A program made the position numbers and the translations under genes. From an uncultured bacterium (GTDB lineage Bacteria > Patescibacteriota > Saccharimonadia > Saccharimonadales > UBA4665), in contig CBJLZK010000001.1 in the NCBI GenBank assembly GCA_966427515.1, positions 1-24,075 on the forward strand: a DNA stretch of 24,075 nt, given 5' to 3'. Positions 7,423-15,815 of the stretch are shown here, one piece after another (position 1 is the stretch's first letter; each line of letters begins with the position of its first letter). A model generated the notes under the pieces. That model saw only the letters and a program-made list of their open reading frames with translations, did no database searches and had not been told where the DNA came from.

Positions 7423-8490
7423 CTACCCTCTCATCAACCGATCTAATTCATCGAGGTCAACCGCACAGTTGCGGGCCTCGTCGTAGCTAATCGTACCGTT
7501 GTGGACCAAGGTAACCAAGGTCTTGTCCATTGACTGCATACCGAACTCGGCACCGGTCTGAATAACGGCTTCGAGCTGGTGGGTCTTGCCCTCGCGGATA
7601 ATATTGCGGACGGCTGGCGTAGCTACCAGAATTTCGGCGGCAGCAATACGGCCACCACCAATGGCTGGGACCAAGCGCTGTGAACAGATCGCCATCAGGA
7701 TGTTGGACAGCTGTGAGCGGATCTGTGGCTGCTGGTGCGGTGGGAATACGTCGATCATGCGGTCGATAGACTGGGCGGCCGAGTTCGTGTGCAAGGTGGC
7801 AAATACCAAGTGCCCGGTTTCGGCGATGGTAATGGCCGAGGCAATGGTCTCGAGGTCACGCATCTCACCGATCAATACTACGTCTGGGTCTTCACGCAAG
7901 GCGGAGCGTAAAGCTGCCGAGAATGAATAGGTGTCGTAGTGAACTTCACGCTGGACAACTACCGACTTCTTGGACCGGTGCGTGTACTCGATTGGGTCTT
8001 CGATGGTAATGATATGCTCACCGCGCTCCATGTTGATCTTGTGAAGCATGGCAGCTAAGGTAGTGGACTTACCAGAACCGGTAGGACCAGTCACGAGCAC
8101 CAAACCACGAGGATAATCAGCAAATTTGTTAATAATTGGCGGCAAGCCAAGCTGTTCAATGGTGAGGATTTCGTTAGGGATCAAACGCAAGGCTGCGGCG
8201 AGGTTGCCACGTTCGTGGAACGCGTTTACACGGAAACGGCCGAGGTCGCCAAAGGCAAAACTAAAGTCGAATTCTTTGTCTTTTAGCAAGATCTGTTTCT
8301 GGTCTTCGTCGAGGATAGCAAACACGAGGGTTTCGACAGCCTCGTCGGTTAGGACGTCGGCGCCAGCGACGGGCCCAAGCGAACCATCAACACGAAGCAT
8401 AGGAGGTAAACCTACCTGCAAGTGAAGGTCGGAAGCTTTCTTCTTGACCACCTCCTCCAGGAGTATTTCAATTCTTGGCTGTCCTTGCAT
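7423..8490 (-). CDS. pilT: Type IV pilus retraction ATPase
   Basis: ASDLHL, Walker A GPTGSGKS, EDPIEY, LREDPDV.LIGEMRD, TLHTN and the PilT-diagnostic AIRNLIRE-type motif AVRNIIRE. Confidence 0.95.
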   Translation of the reverse strand: MQGQPRIEILLEEVVKKKASDLHLQVGLPPMLRVDGSLGPVAGADVLTDEAVETLVFAILDEDQKQILLKDKEFDFSFAFGDLGRFRVNAFHERGNLAAALRLIPNEILTIEQLGLPPIINKFADYPRGLVLVTGPTGSGKSTTLAAMLHKINMERGEHIITIEDPIEYTHRSKKSVVVQREVHYDTYSFSAALRSALREDPDVVLIGEMRDLETIASAITIAETGHLVFATLHTNSAAQSIDRMIDVFPPHQQPQIRSQLSNILMAICSQRLVPAIGGGRIAAAEILVATPAVRNIIREGKTHQLEAVIQTGAEFGMQSMDKTLVTLVHNGTISYDEARNCAVDLDELDRLMRG

Positions 8491-8516
8491 GTATCTAATC
8501 CACCCTCTCTTTAGTG

Positions 8517-10343
8517 TTATGCGGCATCCGCAGCTGATGCTACGCGGTTCACTTCTGTTATAGTCGTGCGACCAGCTAAGGCTTTAAGGTAGCCATCTTC
8601 GCGCATGGTTACCATACCCTGCTTGCGCGCGACCTCTTGGATGTCGGCGCTAGTGGCACGCTTTAGGATCAACTGTTGGATTTCTGGCGTGATGTTAAAC
8701 ACCTCGTAGATACCCATACGACCCTTGTAACCGCCCGGAGCATCAGGACTTTCCTTGCCCTTGGTTAAAGTATAAGCATTTTGGGTAGCTAGTGGCAAGC
8801 TCTCGTACCCCAGATCGTCAGCGAACTTTTTCATTTCTTCTTGGGTCTTGGGTAACAGATGGCCAATCGTGGTGTGGATAGCTTCGGTTTCGACCTTGTC
8901 AGACTCGTACGTCTCCTTGTTGGGAGCAATACGGCGTACAAGGCGCTGGCCAATAACCGTCCGCACTGTCGAGGCAATCAAGAACGGCTCAATGCCCATA
9001 TCCAGCAGACGTGGCAAAATACCCGCAGCCGAGTTGGTGTGAAGTGTGCTGAATACCAAGTGTCCCGTTAAGGCGGCCTGCACTGCCAGCTCGGCAGTTT
9101 CTTTGTCGCGGATTTCTCCTACCATTACGACGTCTGGGTCTTGGCGCAGGATAGAGCGCAGACCAGACGCAAAGGTCAGACCCACATCGGCGTTCACCTG
9201 GATCTGGTTGATACCCTCCATCTTGTATTCGACAGGGTCTTCGAGGGTCACGATGTTTATGGCGTCGCTCTTAACCTCTTGCAGCAAGGCATACAAAGAC
9301 GTCGACTTACCGGAACCGGTAGGGCCAGAGGTCAGGATCATGCCGTTGGTGCTGGTAATGCCTTCGCGGATGGAGCGTAGCGCACGGCCAGCATAACCCA
9401 TGTCTTCCAGCTTGAGGCTAGTTCCAGTCTTGTCGAGCAAACGGATAACTACTTGCTCGCCCCAGATCACTGGCGAAATGGCAATACGCAGGTCGATGCT
9501 CTTACCTGCTGCGGCAATACTGAACTCACCGTCTTGAGGGATGCGGTGTTCGTCGATCTTGAGGTTGGCCAAAATCTTGATGCGCGAGATTAGTGGCGGC
9601 TCGGTACTCTTGGGCAAGCGCAGAATTTCACGCAAGATACCATCGATACGGCAGCGGACCTTTAGGGAATCCTGGAGGGGTTCGATGTGGACGTCGGAAG
9701 CCCCATTCTTGGCGGCATATTCCAGGATCGTCGACAGCGCCTTACTAATTGGCGAGTCCTGGACGATCGTCTTGATGTTCTTGCTGTCGGTGCTAACTTG
9801 GGAACCACCACCCTTTTTGCCACCTTGGGCCTGCGCATCAACCTCGGGTGTAGCTGGGGCACTAATACCACTAATCTCGCCTACCACCTGCTTGGATAGG
9901 TTGCCCGAATATTGGTGAAGCACGTTGCGAATACCGGATTCGCTGGCAGCATACACTTTTAGCGGACGGCCAATTTTGTTGGACAAGAAGTCGACAGCCT
10001 GCACGTTGTCGGCATCAAGCATAGCCACCACGAGGCGGTTTTGCATCTCGCCCAATGGCACAGCCATGTAGCGCTCAGCGACGTCCTGCGGCAGCAAATC
10101 AAGCACTTCTGTTGGGATACGTGCTGAGCTGAGGTTAACGTACGGCACCTTGCTTACATGTGCAATAGTTTTTGTTAATGTTTCGTCTGGCACTAAGCCA
10201 CTCGTCATCAGGTAGCTCAAAAACGGAGTGTTCTCTTTTTGGGCTTTATTGCGCAAATCTTCGAGCTGCTCTTTAGAGAGCACACCGTCTTTAACCAGTG
10301 TATCCTCAACCTGTTTTTGGGCTGCGGTCGACAAAACGCTCAT
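8517..10343 (-). CDS. pilB: Type IV pilus extension ATPase (GspE/PilB)
   Basis: ASDVHIEP, GPTGSGKS, EDPVEY, LRQDPDVVMVGEIRD, TGHLVFSTLHTN and GYKGR.GIYE, with an N-terminal MshEN-like/T2SSE_N region. Confidence 0.95.
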   Translation of the reverse strand: MSVLSTAAQKQVEDTLVKDGVLSKEQLEDLRNKAQKENTPFLSYLMTSGLVPDETLTKTIAHVSKVPYVNLSSARIPTEVLDLLPQDVAERYMAVPLGEMQNRLVVAMLDADNVQAVDFLSNKIGRPLKVYAASESGIRNVLHQYSGNLSKQVVGEISGISAPATPEVDAQAQGGKKGGGSQVSTDSKNIKTIVQDSPISKALSTILEYAAKNGASDVHIEPLQDSLKVRCRIDGILREILRLPKSTEPPLISRIKILANLKIDEHRIPQDGEFSIAAAGKSIDLRIAISPVIWGEQVVIRLLDKTGTSLKLEDMGYAGRALRSIREGITSTNGMILTSGPTGSGKSTSLYALLQEVKSDAINIVTLEDPVEYKMEGINQIQVNADVGLTFASGLRSILRQDPDVVMVGEIRDKETAELAVQAALTGHLVFSTLHTNSAAGILPRLLDMGIEPFLIASTVRTVIGQRLVRRIAPNKETYESDKVETEAIHTTIGHLLPKTQEEMKKFADDLGYESLPLATQNAYTLTKGKESPDAPGGYKGRMGIYEVFNITPEIQQLILKRATSADIQEVARKQGMVTMREDGYLKALAGRTTITEVNRVASAADAA

Positions 10344-10349
10344 ATGACT

Positions 10350-10355
10350 AGTATA
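10350..10355 (-). promoter_or_regulatory. -10 element (TATACT) for leaderless pilB
   Basis: Lies 6 nt upstream of ATG 10343, and there is no SD. Confidence 0.55.
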
Positions 10356-10367
10356 GCCTGTGTCCGC

Positions 10368-10616
10368 TTATTGCGAGCCAGCAAATGGGTTAGGATTATT
10401 GCTATTTCCGATTTGAATCAACTGTGTTGGGTCAACCGAGTTGTTATTGAAGTATTTGGAGCTCGGCAACGAAAAGTCAGACGTAATCACATCAACAACT
10501 TCGGCTTGCTGATTGTGCGTGCTGGGCTTGCCAAACACCATGCCCGAAACTACAAACGATAGGACACCACTGATAAATACCAAGATGATGATTAATGCGA
10601 TATCTTTTTGCTTCAT
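10368..10616 (-). CDS. Small bitopic membrane protein (82 aa) of the pilMNO operon
   Basis: N-terminal hydrophobic helix and a short polar tail ending NPNPF. It has a TAATG overlap with pilO. Confidence 0.8.
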   Translation of the reverse strand: MKQKDIALIIILVFISGVLSFVVSGMVFGKPSTHNQQAEVVDVITSDFSLPSSKYFNNNSVDPTQLIQIGNSNNPNPFAGSQ

Positions 10617-11290
10617 TACTTTACTACCTCGGTCTTGATGTTAAGACTCTTTTCTGGCTGGTAAAAGGTCTGGGCGTCGATCGTAGCCGTCATAGAGCCC
10701 TGCTGGCCCGACAGTTCAACCTTCTGCACCTGGAATGGGCGGATAGAGCGCTCAAGATCATTTACAAAGGACTTAACGGCATCGTACGAGCCCGCTACCT
10801 GCACTTCGAACGGCATTTGGACTGGCTGTGGGTTAGCGCTCGATTGGTTGGCGGCCTGGGTAATTTCTTCGTCGGTACCGCTAATACTCTGGACCGTCAG
10901 GCCTTCGCTGTTGACGAGCTTTTCCAAACTGGTCGCCAAGGCTGGGAAGTCGTACTTGCTTGGCAAAGCGTCAAGGACGATCTTGGCGTTGTCGCCGTCT
11001 TTGTCGCCAGTGCCAGCGGGGTTGCCACCAATTATGTTCTGTGGTGTGTTCACGAAGCTCTTGTAGGCAGCTACCAGGCTGTCACGGGCACTCAAGTCAC
11101 TCTTGAGTGTTGATAGCGCTTTCTTTTTTTCGGAGATAACGTGGCTTTGGTACGAAGCTTCGCTGATCAAGGTTTTGGTAGCGATCAAGCAGAAGACTAC
11201 CAGGAAGGCTGCGATGCCTGTCGACATTACGATAGTACTGTTGGCCTTGCTGATTAAGGCGCGTTTGGTAAAGGATACTGTCTTGGCCAT
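10616..11290 (-). CDS. pilO: PilO-like alignment protein (start moved to MAKTVSF)
   Basis: Single TM helix, coiled coil, DALPSKYDFPAL, V.GSY...FVNDLERSIRPFQV. A GGGGGA SD sits before ATG 11290, directly after the pilN stop. Confidence 0.8.
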   Translation of the reverse strand: MAKTVSFTKRALISKANSTIVMSTGIAAFLVVFCLIATKTLISEASYQSHVISEKKKALSTLKSDLSARDSLVAAYKSFVNTPQNIIGGNPAGTGDKDGDNAKIVLDALPSKYDFPALATSLEKLVNSEGLTVQSISGTDEEITQAANQSSANPQPVQMPFEVQVAGSYDAVKSFVNDLERSIRPFQVQKVELSGQQGSMTATIDAQTFYQPEKSLNIKTEVVK

Positions 11291-11291
11291 C

Positions 11292-12029
11292 TTATTGTCC
11301 CCCGTGCTGTCCAGCATTTGCAGTGCTCTGGTTATCGCCGGAGCTACTACTAGAGCTAGAGCTACTATTCTGTTGGAACAAGTCACTTGGTTTATCGACT
11401 TCTGAACGGGTACTGATGATGTTCGGGACTGACAGCTGGACATCCTGGGTCTCGCTAAAGATCGCTGGGTCAAATGTCAGCGTGATGTCGTAGGTGGCGT
11501 CTTTGGCGTTGCGGGTAAAGTTGGACAGTACCACAGCCGAAAATGCGTTCTTGGCGGTCGTCTGAGTTTTGGTTGTGTACTTAGTAAACTTCAAGCTGTC
11601 GGTAAAGGTGTTGACAGAAGTCAAATCAGGCGCCGAACCAGAGATAGTCATAGTGTTCAGAGTAAAGTCGGCATCAAGCTTAGCGATCGTTGCGTTAGCG
11701 GGCGTAACCTGGGTCAGGAAGTCGAACATGCGTGAGGTGACCACCTTTTGGTCGTGCAATGCTGGCAAAGCCTTAAGCTGGTTTTGGACGGTCAGGATCT
11801 TGGTTAGGTCCTGTGTGCCCTGCAGCTGGGTTGCTGACGTATGGATGTCGCCGTTCAGGTCGTTGATGTTCTTCTTTTGCAGGCCATACACAACGGTTAG
11901 CAGCACGACAAAAATAGCCACGGCAACAATACTTGCAAGCGTGGAGACCAATACCACCAAATGCTGCTGGCGTTTAGCCTTGAGATACTCAACCTTGATG
12001 TCTGGGAGGAGGTTAAATTGAACAGTCAT
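11292..12029 (-). CDS. pilN: PilN-like alignment protein
   Basis: N-terminal PilM-binding FNLLP motif, one TM helix, coiled coil and ISGSA...V..F..SLK. It has a TAATG overlap with pilM and a Ser-rich tail. Confidence 0.85.
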   Translation of the reverse strand: MTVQFNLLPDIKVEYLKAKRQQHLVVLVSTLASIVAVAIFVVLLTVVYGLQKKNINDLNGDIHTSATQLQGTQDLTKILTVQNQLKALPALHDQKVVTSRMFDFLTQVTPANATIAKLDADFTLNTMTISGSAPDLTSVNTFTDSLKFTKYTTKTQTTAKNAFSAVVLSNFTRNAKDATYDITLTFDPAIFSETQDVQLSVPNIISTRSEVDKPSDLFQQNSSSSSSSSSGDNQSTANAGQHGGQ

Positions 12030-13072
12030 TACTCAATCCTCTCCGCCAAGCCAGATGCCACTCCAAAGTGATTAGAGACAGCCAGCAATTCGTTTTGGCG
12101 CTCAGGCGAAAACGAAACATTGCGCCAGGCATTGCCAATCTCGACTTCTACGCCAAACTTGTTAGCCAAGTACAACGGGAATTCCGGCAGAGCCGAGGCG
12201 CCACCAGTCACGATAATGCGGTTAACCCGCTGCCCTTCACCATAACGACTCTGGAAGAACTTGATGGACTTGTCGATTTCACCAGTCAAAATATCGATGG
12301 TACTAATGATTGCATCGTAAATGCGGCCTTCGAGCTTATCTTTGCCCAAGCCGAACTTAAAGACAAACTGGCGGGCCTGTTTTTCTTCGATGTTCAGGTT
12401 TTGGGCGGCCGAACGGATAATAGCTTCGGCTCCTGTTGGGATTGAACGGGTCAAACGTGGCGCACCGTTCATGGTTACTACAAGGTCGGTACTTTTGCTG
12501 CCGATATCCAGAACCATTTGCGGGCCGACACCATCTTGGGCAACCAAGGCGCGCGTAAGCGCCAAGTTGTCGGGTTCAAAGGCAATAACTTCGAGGCCGA
12601 TAGATTCGAGCAGGTCAAGCCGCTGCTCTACGAATTCGTTCTCGACGCTAGAGAGCAATACTTCTACTTTGGTCTTGTCCTTGGGGGAATCACCAATAAC
12701 TGCCCAGTCAATCTTGGACTTGTCTAGAGGTGTAGGAATAAGCGAATCTGCCTGATACCTAATAGCCTTGGCGAGCTCGGCTGGGGGCAAGCGGTCAAAG
12801 TCCACCACGGCCGTAAAGACGCGGGCCGACGGGATACCCACTGCAACGTTACGGGTAGTCATACGTGCTTGGGTCAATAGGTCTTTGATAATCTGGGCCA
12901 GCTTTTGTTGGTCGGTTTTGGAGTCACTCAAGACCAGTTTACTGTCTACGGGCACATAGGCGTATTTGACCAAGGTTTTTACAGGTCCGTTACCATGCAG
13001 CTCAACGAGCCGTATGGCTGTTGTGCCGATATCCAGTCCAAAAAATGCTGATACCCCACTCAGTAAACTCAT
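12029..13072 (-). CDS. pilM: Type IV pilus assembly protein PilM (actin-like)
   Basis: GLDIGTTAIRLVEL, LDIGSKST, GAE.I and IIVTGGASAL actin-fold motifs. Confidence 0.93.
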   Translation of the reverse strand: MSLLSGVSAFFGLDIGTTAIRLVELHGNGPVKTLVKYAYVPVDSKLVLSDSKTDQQKLAQIIKDLLTQARMTTRNVAVGIPSARVFTAVVDFDRLPPAELAKAIRYQADSLIPTPLDKSKIDWAVIGDSPKDKTKVEVLLSSVENEFVEQRLDLLESIGLEVIAFEPDNLALTRALVAQDGVGPQMVLDIGSKSTDLVVTMNGAPRLTRSIPTGAEAIIRSAAQNLNIEEKQARQFVFKFGLGKDKLEGRIYDAIISTIDILTGEIDKSIKFFQSRYGEGQRVNRIIVTGGASALPEFPLYLANKFGVEVEIGNAWRNVSFSPERQNELLAVSNHFGVASGLAERIE

Positions 13073-13081
13073 GTTACCAAA

Positions 13082-13096
13082 AGTATACCATAAGCA
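13082..13096 (-). promoter_or_regulatory. Extended -10 promoter TGCTTATGGTATACT (pilM operon)
   Basis: Lies 9 nt upstream of the pilM ATG and is identical to 4683-4697. Confidence 0.7.
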
Positions 13097-13120
13097 TTAT
13101 GTGGGCTGGCAAGCCCGTTT

Positions 13121-15163
13121 TTAGAGTACGGGAGGCAAACTGGTGATTGCGTCGTAGTTGTCCACAGTGCCACTCGTGTCCAAAGGCTGGACCATCCATA
13201 GCGATGGGTTAAAGTTGAAGACTTCTGCCCCATTGGTGCCATTACCATTTGCATCGCTAGTCTCGCCAGTGCTGCTTTGTTTAAGGCTAGCCTTGGTACG
13301 GTCTAGTTCGATGCTGCCCGCGACGAAGGCACCATTAACTGTCAGTTTGCTATTACAGGTGTTATAGAAGGCGCCATTAGTCAGGGTAATTGGCGCTGCC
13401 GATGTGGCGCAGGTGTAAATAGTACCGCCCGACGCACCATTCCGCTGGGCGATATAGACACCATCCAAACGATGGACGTTGCTGCTGACATAAATATTGC
13501 CCTTCACTACCAGCTCAAAGAGCGGGATGTTGCCCATGTTCCACGAGCCAGGATATGTAATGTCGCTGGTAATGTACACATCGCCATTTACGTAGACCGA
13601 GATTTTGTTGCCAGGATTAACATTGCCACCGGTAAGCGAAACGCCTGAGTTCGAGAAATACGCACCGTTAGTCATTGAACTTACATTAGCTGGCAGCGGA
13701 GATGTTGTGGCAGGCATGCGGCTATAGTAATCGGCGATACAGCCCACGGAGCCATACGATCCACCAAAGCCACCGCTACCGATATTGCTGGAGGTATTGG
13801 CAAACGACAGGCCGATTGGCTCAGGCGCGCCACCACTGAGGTTTTGCGCACTCGAGAAGTCAGTAATTGCGCTCATGGCGTACGCCGCATACTGCGCCCC
13901 TGCCCCAGCATAGCTTCCAGCCCGTTGGTTCCAAGATATGATTCCGGCATTAGCATTGTCGGTACACGTCGTCCCCGCCGGTCCAGTCGCCTGCCCAGCA
14001 CCAGCCGAGAGGTCTCCGCCAAATACCTTTATGTATGGCTTGCCGGCTACGGTCACACAGACTTCATAGCCTCGTTGGCCACCGTTATAGGTCGCTGGAT
14101 TCACAAATAATGATCTACATATACTCCCTGTAGCCCCTGGAGTTACCGTCTCTGTAGCTACCGTCGTCGTCCCATTCGGGAAATTCCGTGGACAACCAGG
14201 GTTAGGCCCTCCTGGACCGCCGGGGATGGCACCAGTACCGGCACCCGTATGATAGTTGGGGTAGTTATTGGCATATGTACTACAGGCAGTGTTGGCGCTA
14301 GGCATACTGCCGGTGTTATCTACTGTGTAGTTAAACTGGACTGTGTCGCCTACTTCCGCCGAACTCGAGGCCGCACCGTTAACCGTTGCGCTAATCGTTG
14401 GGTTCAAGTTGTAATTGGGTAGCTGCAATGGGCCAAGTTGGCCTAGCAAGTTGGCACACTCACGACGAATTTCAAAAGTAGACCCATCGGGGTTATGGAA
14501 GACAATTATATGGCTCCACTCAGAGTTTGGGTTCCTAAAGAAGGCAAAGTCATGGCCATCGTACGAAGAAATATTACCCGTGGTACAGTTAGAAATGCTT
14601 GGCCAACAAGCATGGAGGCTATTGATCGTACCAGATGGCAATGTCGTTGCCCAGTTCCAGGTAACCATTCCCGGGGTATTACCGTACGCCGTAACTATGT
14701 CCCTCCACTCGTTAAAGTGCGACTGGGCATAGCTAATACCTGCCGCCGTATTCCCATAGTCTGTTCCCCACCGGCCGAGCATACCGTCAACGATAAAGGC
14801 CGCACCAGCCTTGTTATAGTTGTATGCATTGCCCCCGGTATTGAACAGGTAACCCTGGACCCAGCCGATAAAGCTAGGCGCATCAGTAACCCAGGCTGGG
14901 ATGGCATTGTTGATAGCTTCACCACCCACGCAAGATGATGGCCACTTAGTACAGTCAATAATATTCTGTCCTTGGATGCCATAGGTGCCGTAAAAGTATG
15001 TGCCAGTAAAATAACCGTGGCAGCCAGCCCGGTTAAGACGCGAAAAGCCTCCACACAAATAGCTTTGGCTAGCACTCGCTATTGTGGGGAAAAGTGCAAC
15101 GCTAGCCACAGACAGTGATAGGGTTATGATGCTTAAACTAGCAAGTATCTTCTTTATCTTCAT
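13121..15163 (-). CDS. Large Cys-rich secreted protein (680 aa), putative adhesin
   Basis: Sec-type signal (MKIKK + hydrophobic + ASA|) and about 15 Cys. A central Ig/CARDB-like segment (VGDTVQFNYTVDNTG) is followed by C-terminal V.GDVYI / KGNIYV / LTVNGAFVA strands suggestive of a beta-solenoid. Confidence 0.75.
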   Translation of the reverse strand: MKIKKILASLSIITLSLSVASVALFPTIASASQSYLCGGFSRLNRAGCHGYFTGTYFYGTYGIQGQNIIDCTKWPSSCVGGEAINNAIPAWVTDAPSFIGWVQGYLFNTGGNAYNYNKAGAAFIVDGMLGRWGTDYGNTAAGISYAQSHFNEWRDIVTAYGNTPGMVTWNWATTLPSGTINSLHACWPSISNCTTGNISSYDGHDFAFFRNPNSEWSHIIVFHNPDGSTFEIRRECANLLGQLGPLQLPNYNLNPTISATVNGAASSSAEVGDTVQFNYTVDNTGSMPSANTACSTYANNYPNYHTGAGTGAIPGGPGGPNPGCPRNFPNGTTTVATETVTPGATGSICRSLFVNPATYNGGQRGYEVCVTVAGKPYIKVFGGDLSAGAGQATGPAGTTCTDNANAGIISWNQRAGSYAGAGAQYAAYAMSAITDFSSAQNLSGGAPEPIGLSFANTSSNIGSGGFGGSYGSVGCIADYYSRMPATTSPLPANVSSMTNGAYFSNSGVSLTGGNVNPGNKISVYVNGDVYITSDITYPGSWNMGNIPLFELVVKGNIYVSSNVHRLDGVYIAQRNGASGGTIYTCATSAAPITLTNGAFYNTCNSKLTVNGAFVAGSIELDRTKASLKQSSTGETSDANGNGTNGAEVFNFNPSLWMVQPLDTSGTVDNYDAITSLPPVL

Positions 15164-15759
15164 TAGAATTGGATCTCCCCGCCTGACTGAAGTGTCTGAA
15201 TGTTTTCGGTATATTGAGCAACCTCGCTGTTACGCATTGGGTTTTGGCTCTTAGATTCAAGATCGATCATCTGCTGATATAGCGGGATTAGCTGGACACG
15301 GTCGCCCATCTTATAGCGGGATTCTACTTCACCCTGCAATGCCGTCAGCTTGTTGGAACTGTTTAGCTTAGTTGCTTGTTCGTAGTCGGGTACTGCATTT
15401 TTGTATTGCTGCAGGTTAAGGTACGCACCCGCGCGGTCGAGATAATACGTCGAGAGGTCGGTATTGCTAAAATGGAATGTCCCATTAGCTTGGCCACTCA
15501 GCAACCGGTTCACAATATCCACTACACCCTGGGCGTTGGCATTGTTTTGCGCAGAGTCCAAGCTCGCCTTTAACGTCTTGAGCTGGTTAGCGCTGTCAGT
15601 ATTGTCGTTATTGGCGCCGTAAATCACGCTAAATACAATGACCCCTGCCACAATCACAGTCATCACCACCAAAGGAATCCACACGATACGCTTTGTAAAC
15701 CAGAGCCACCAGGCATTGGCCTTATCGTCGATACCGATGTGTACTTTATTGTCATCCAT
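15163..15759 (-). CDS. Membrane-anchored TPR-like protein (198 aa)
   Basis: One N-terminal TM helix and a TPR-like YLDRAGAYLNLQQYKNAVPDYEQATKLN segment. It has a TAATG overlap with the secreted protein gene. Confidence 0.75.
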   Translation of the reverse strand: MDDNKVHIGIDDKANAWWLWFTKRIVWIPLVVMTVIVAGVIVFSVIYGANNDNTDSANQLKTLKASLDSAQNNANAQGVVDIVNRLLSGQANGTFHFSNTDLSTYYLDRAGAYLNLQQYKNAVPDYEQATKLNSSNKLTALQGEVESRYKMGDRVQLIPLYQQMIDLESKSQNPMRNSEVAQYTENIQTLQSGGEIQF

Positions 15760-15815
15760 GACGCTTATGATAATAGTAAACCATAAACGCTCTGGCGTTA
15801 AGCCTTATCCCAAAA

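Noticed and set aside
11320-11375. AGCT/ACT-type short repeats at the end of pilN
   Set aside because: They simply encode a poly-Ser low-complexity tail and are not a repeat array or contingency locus.
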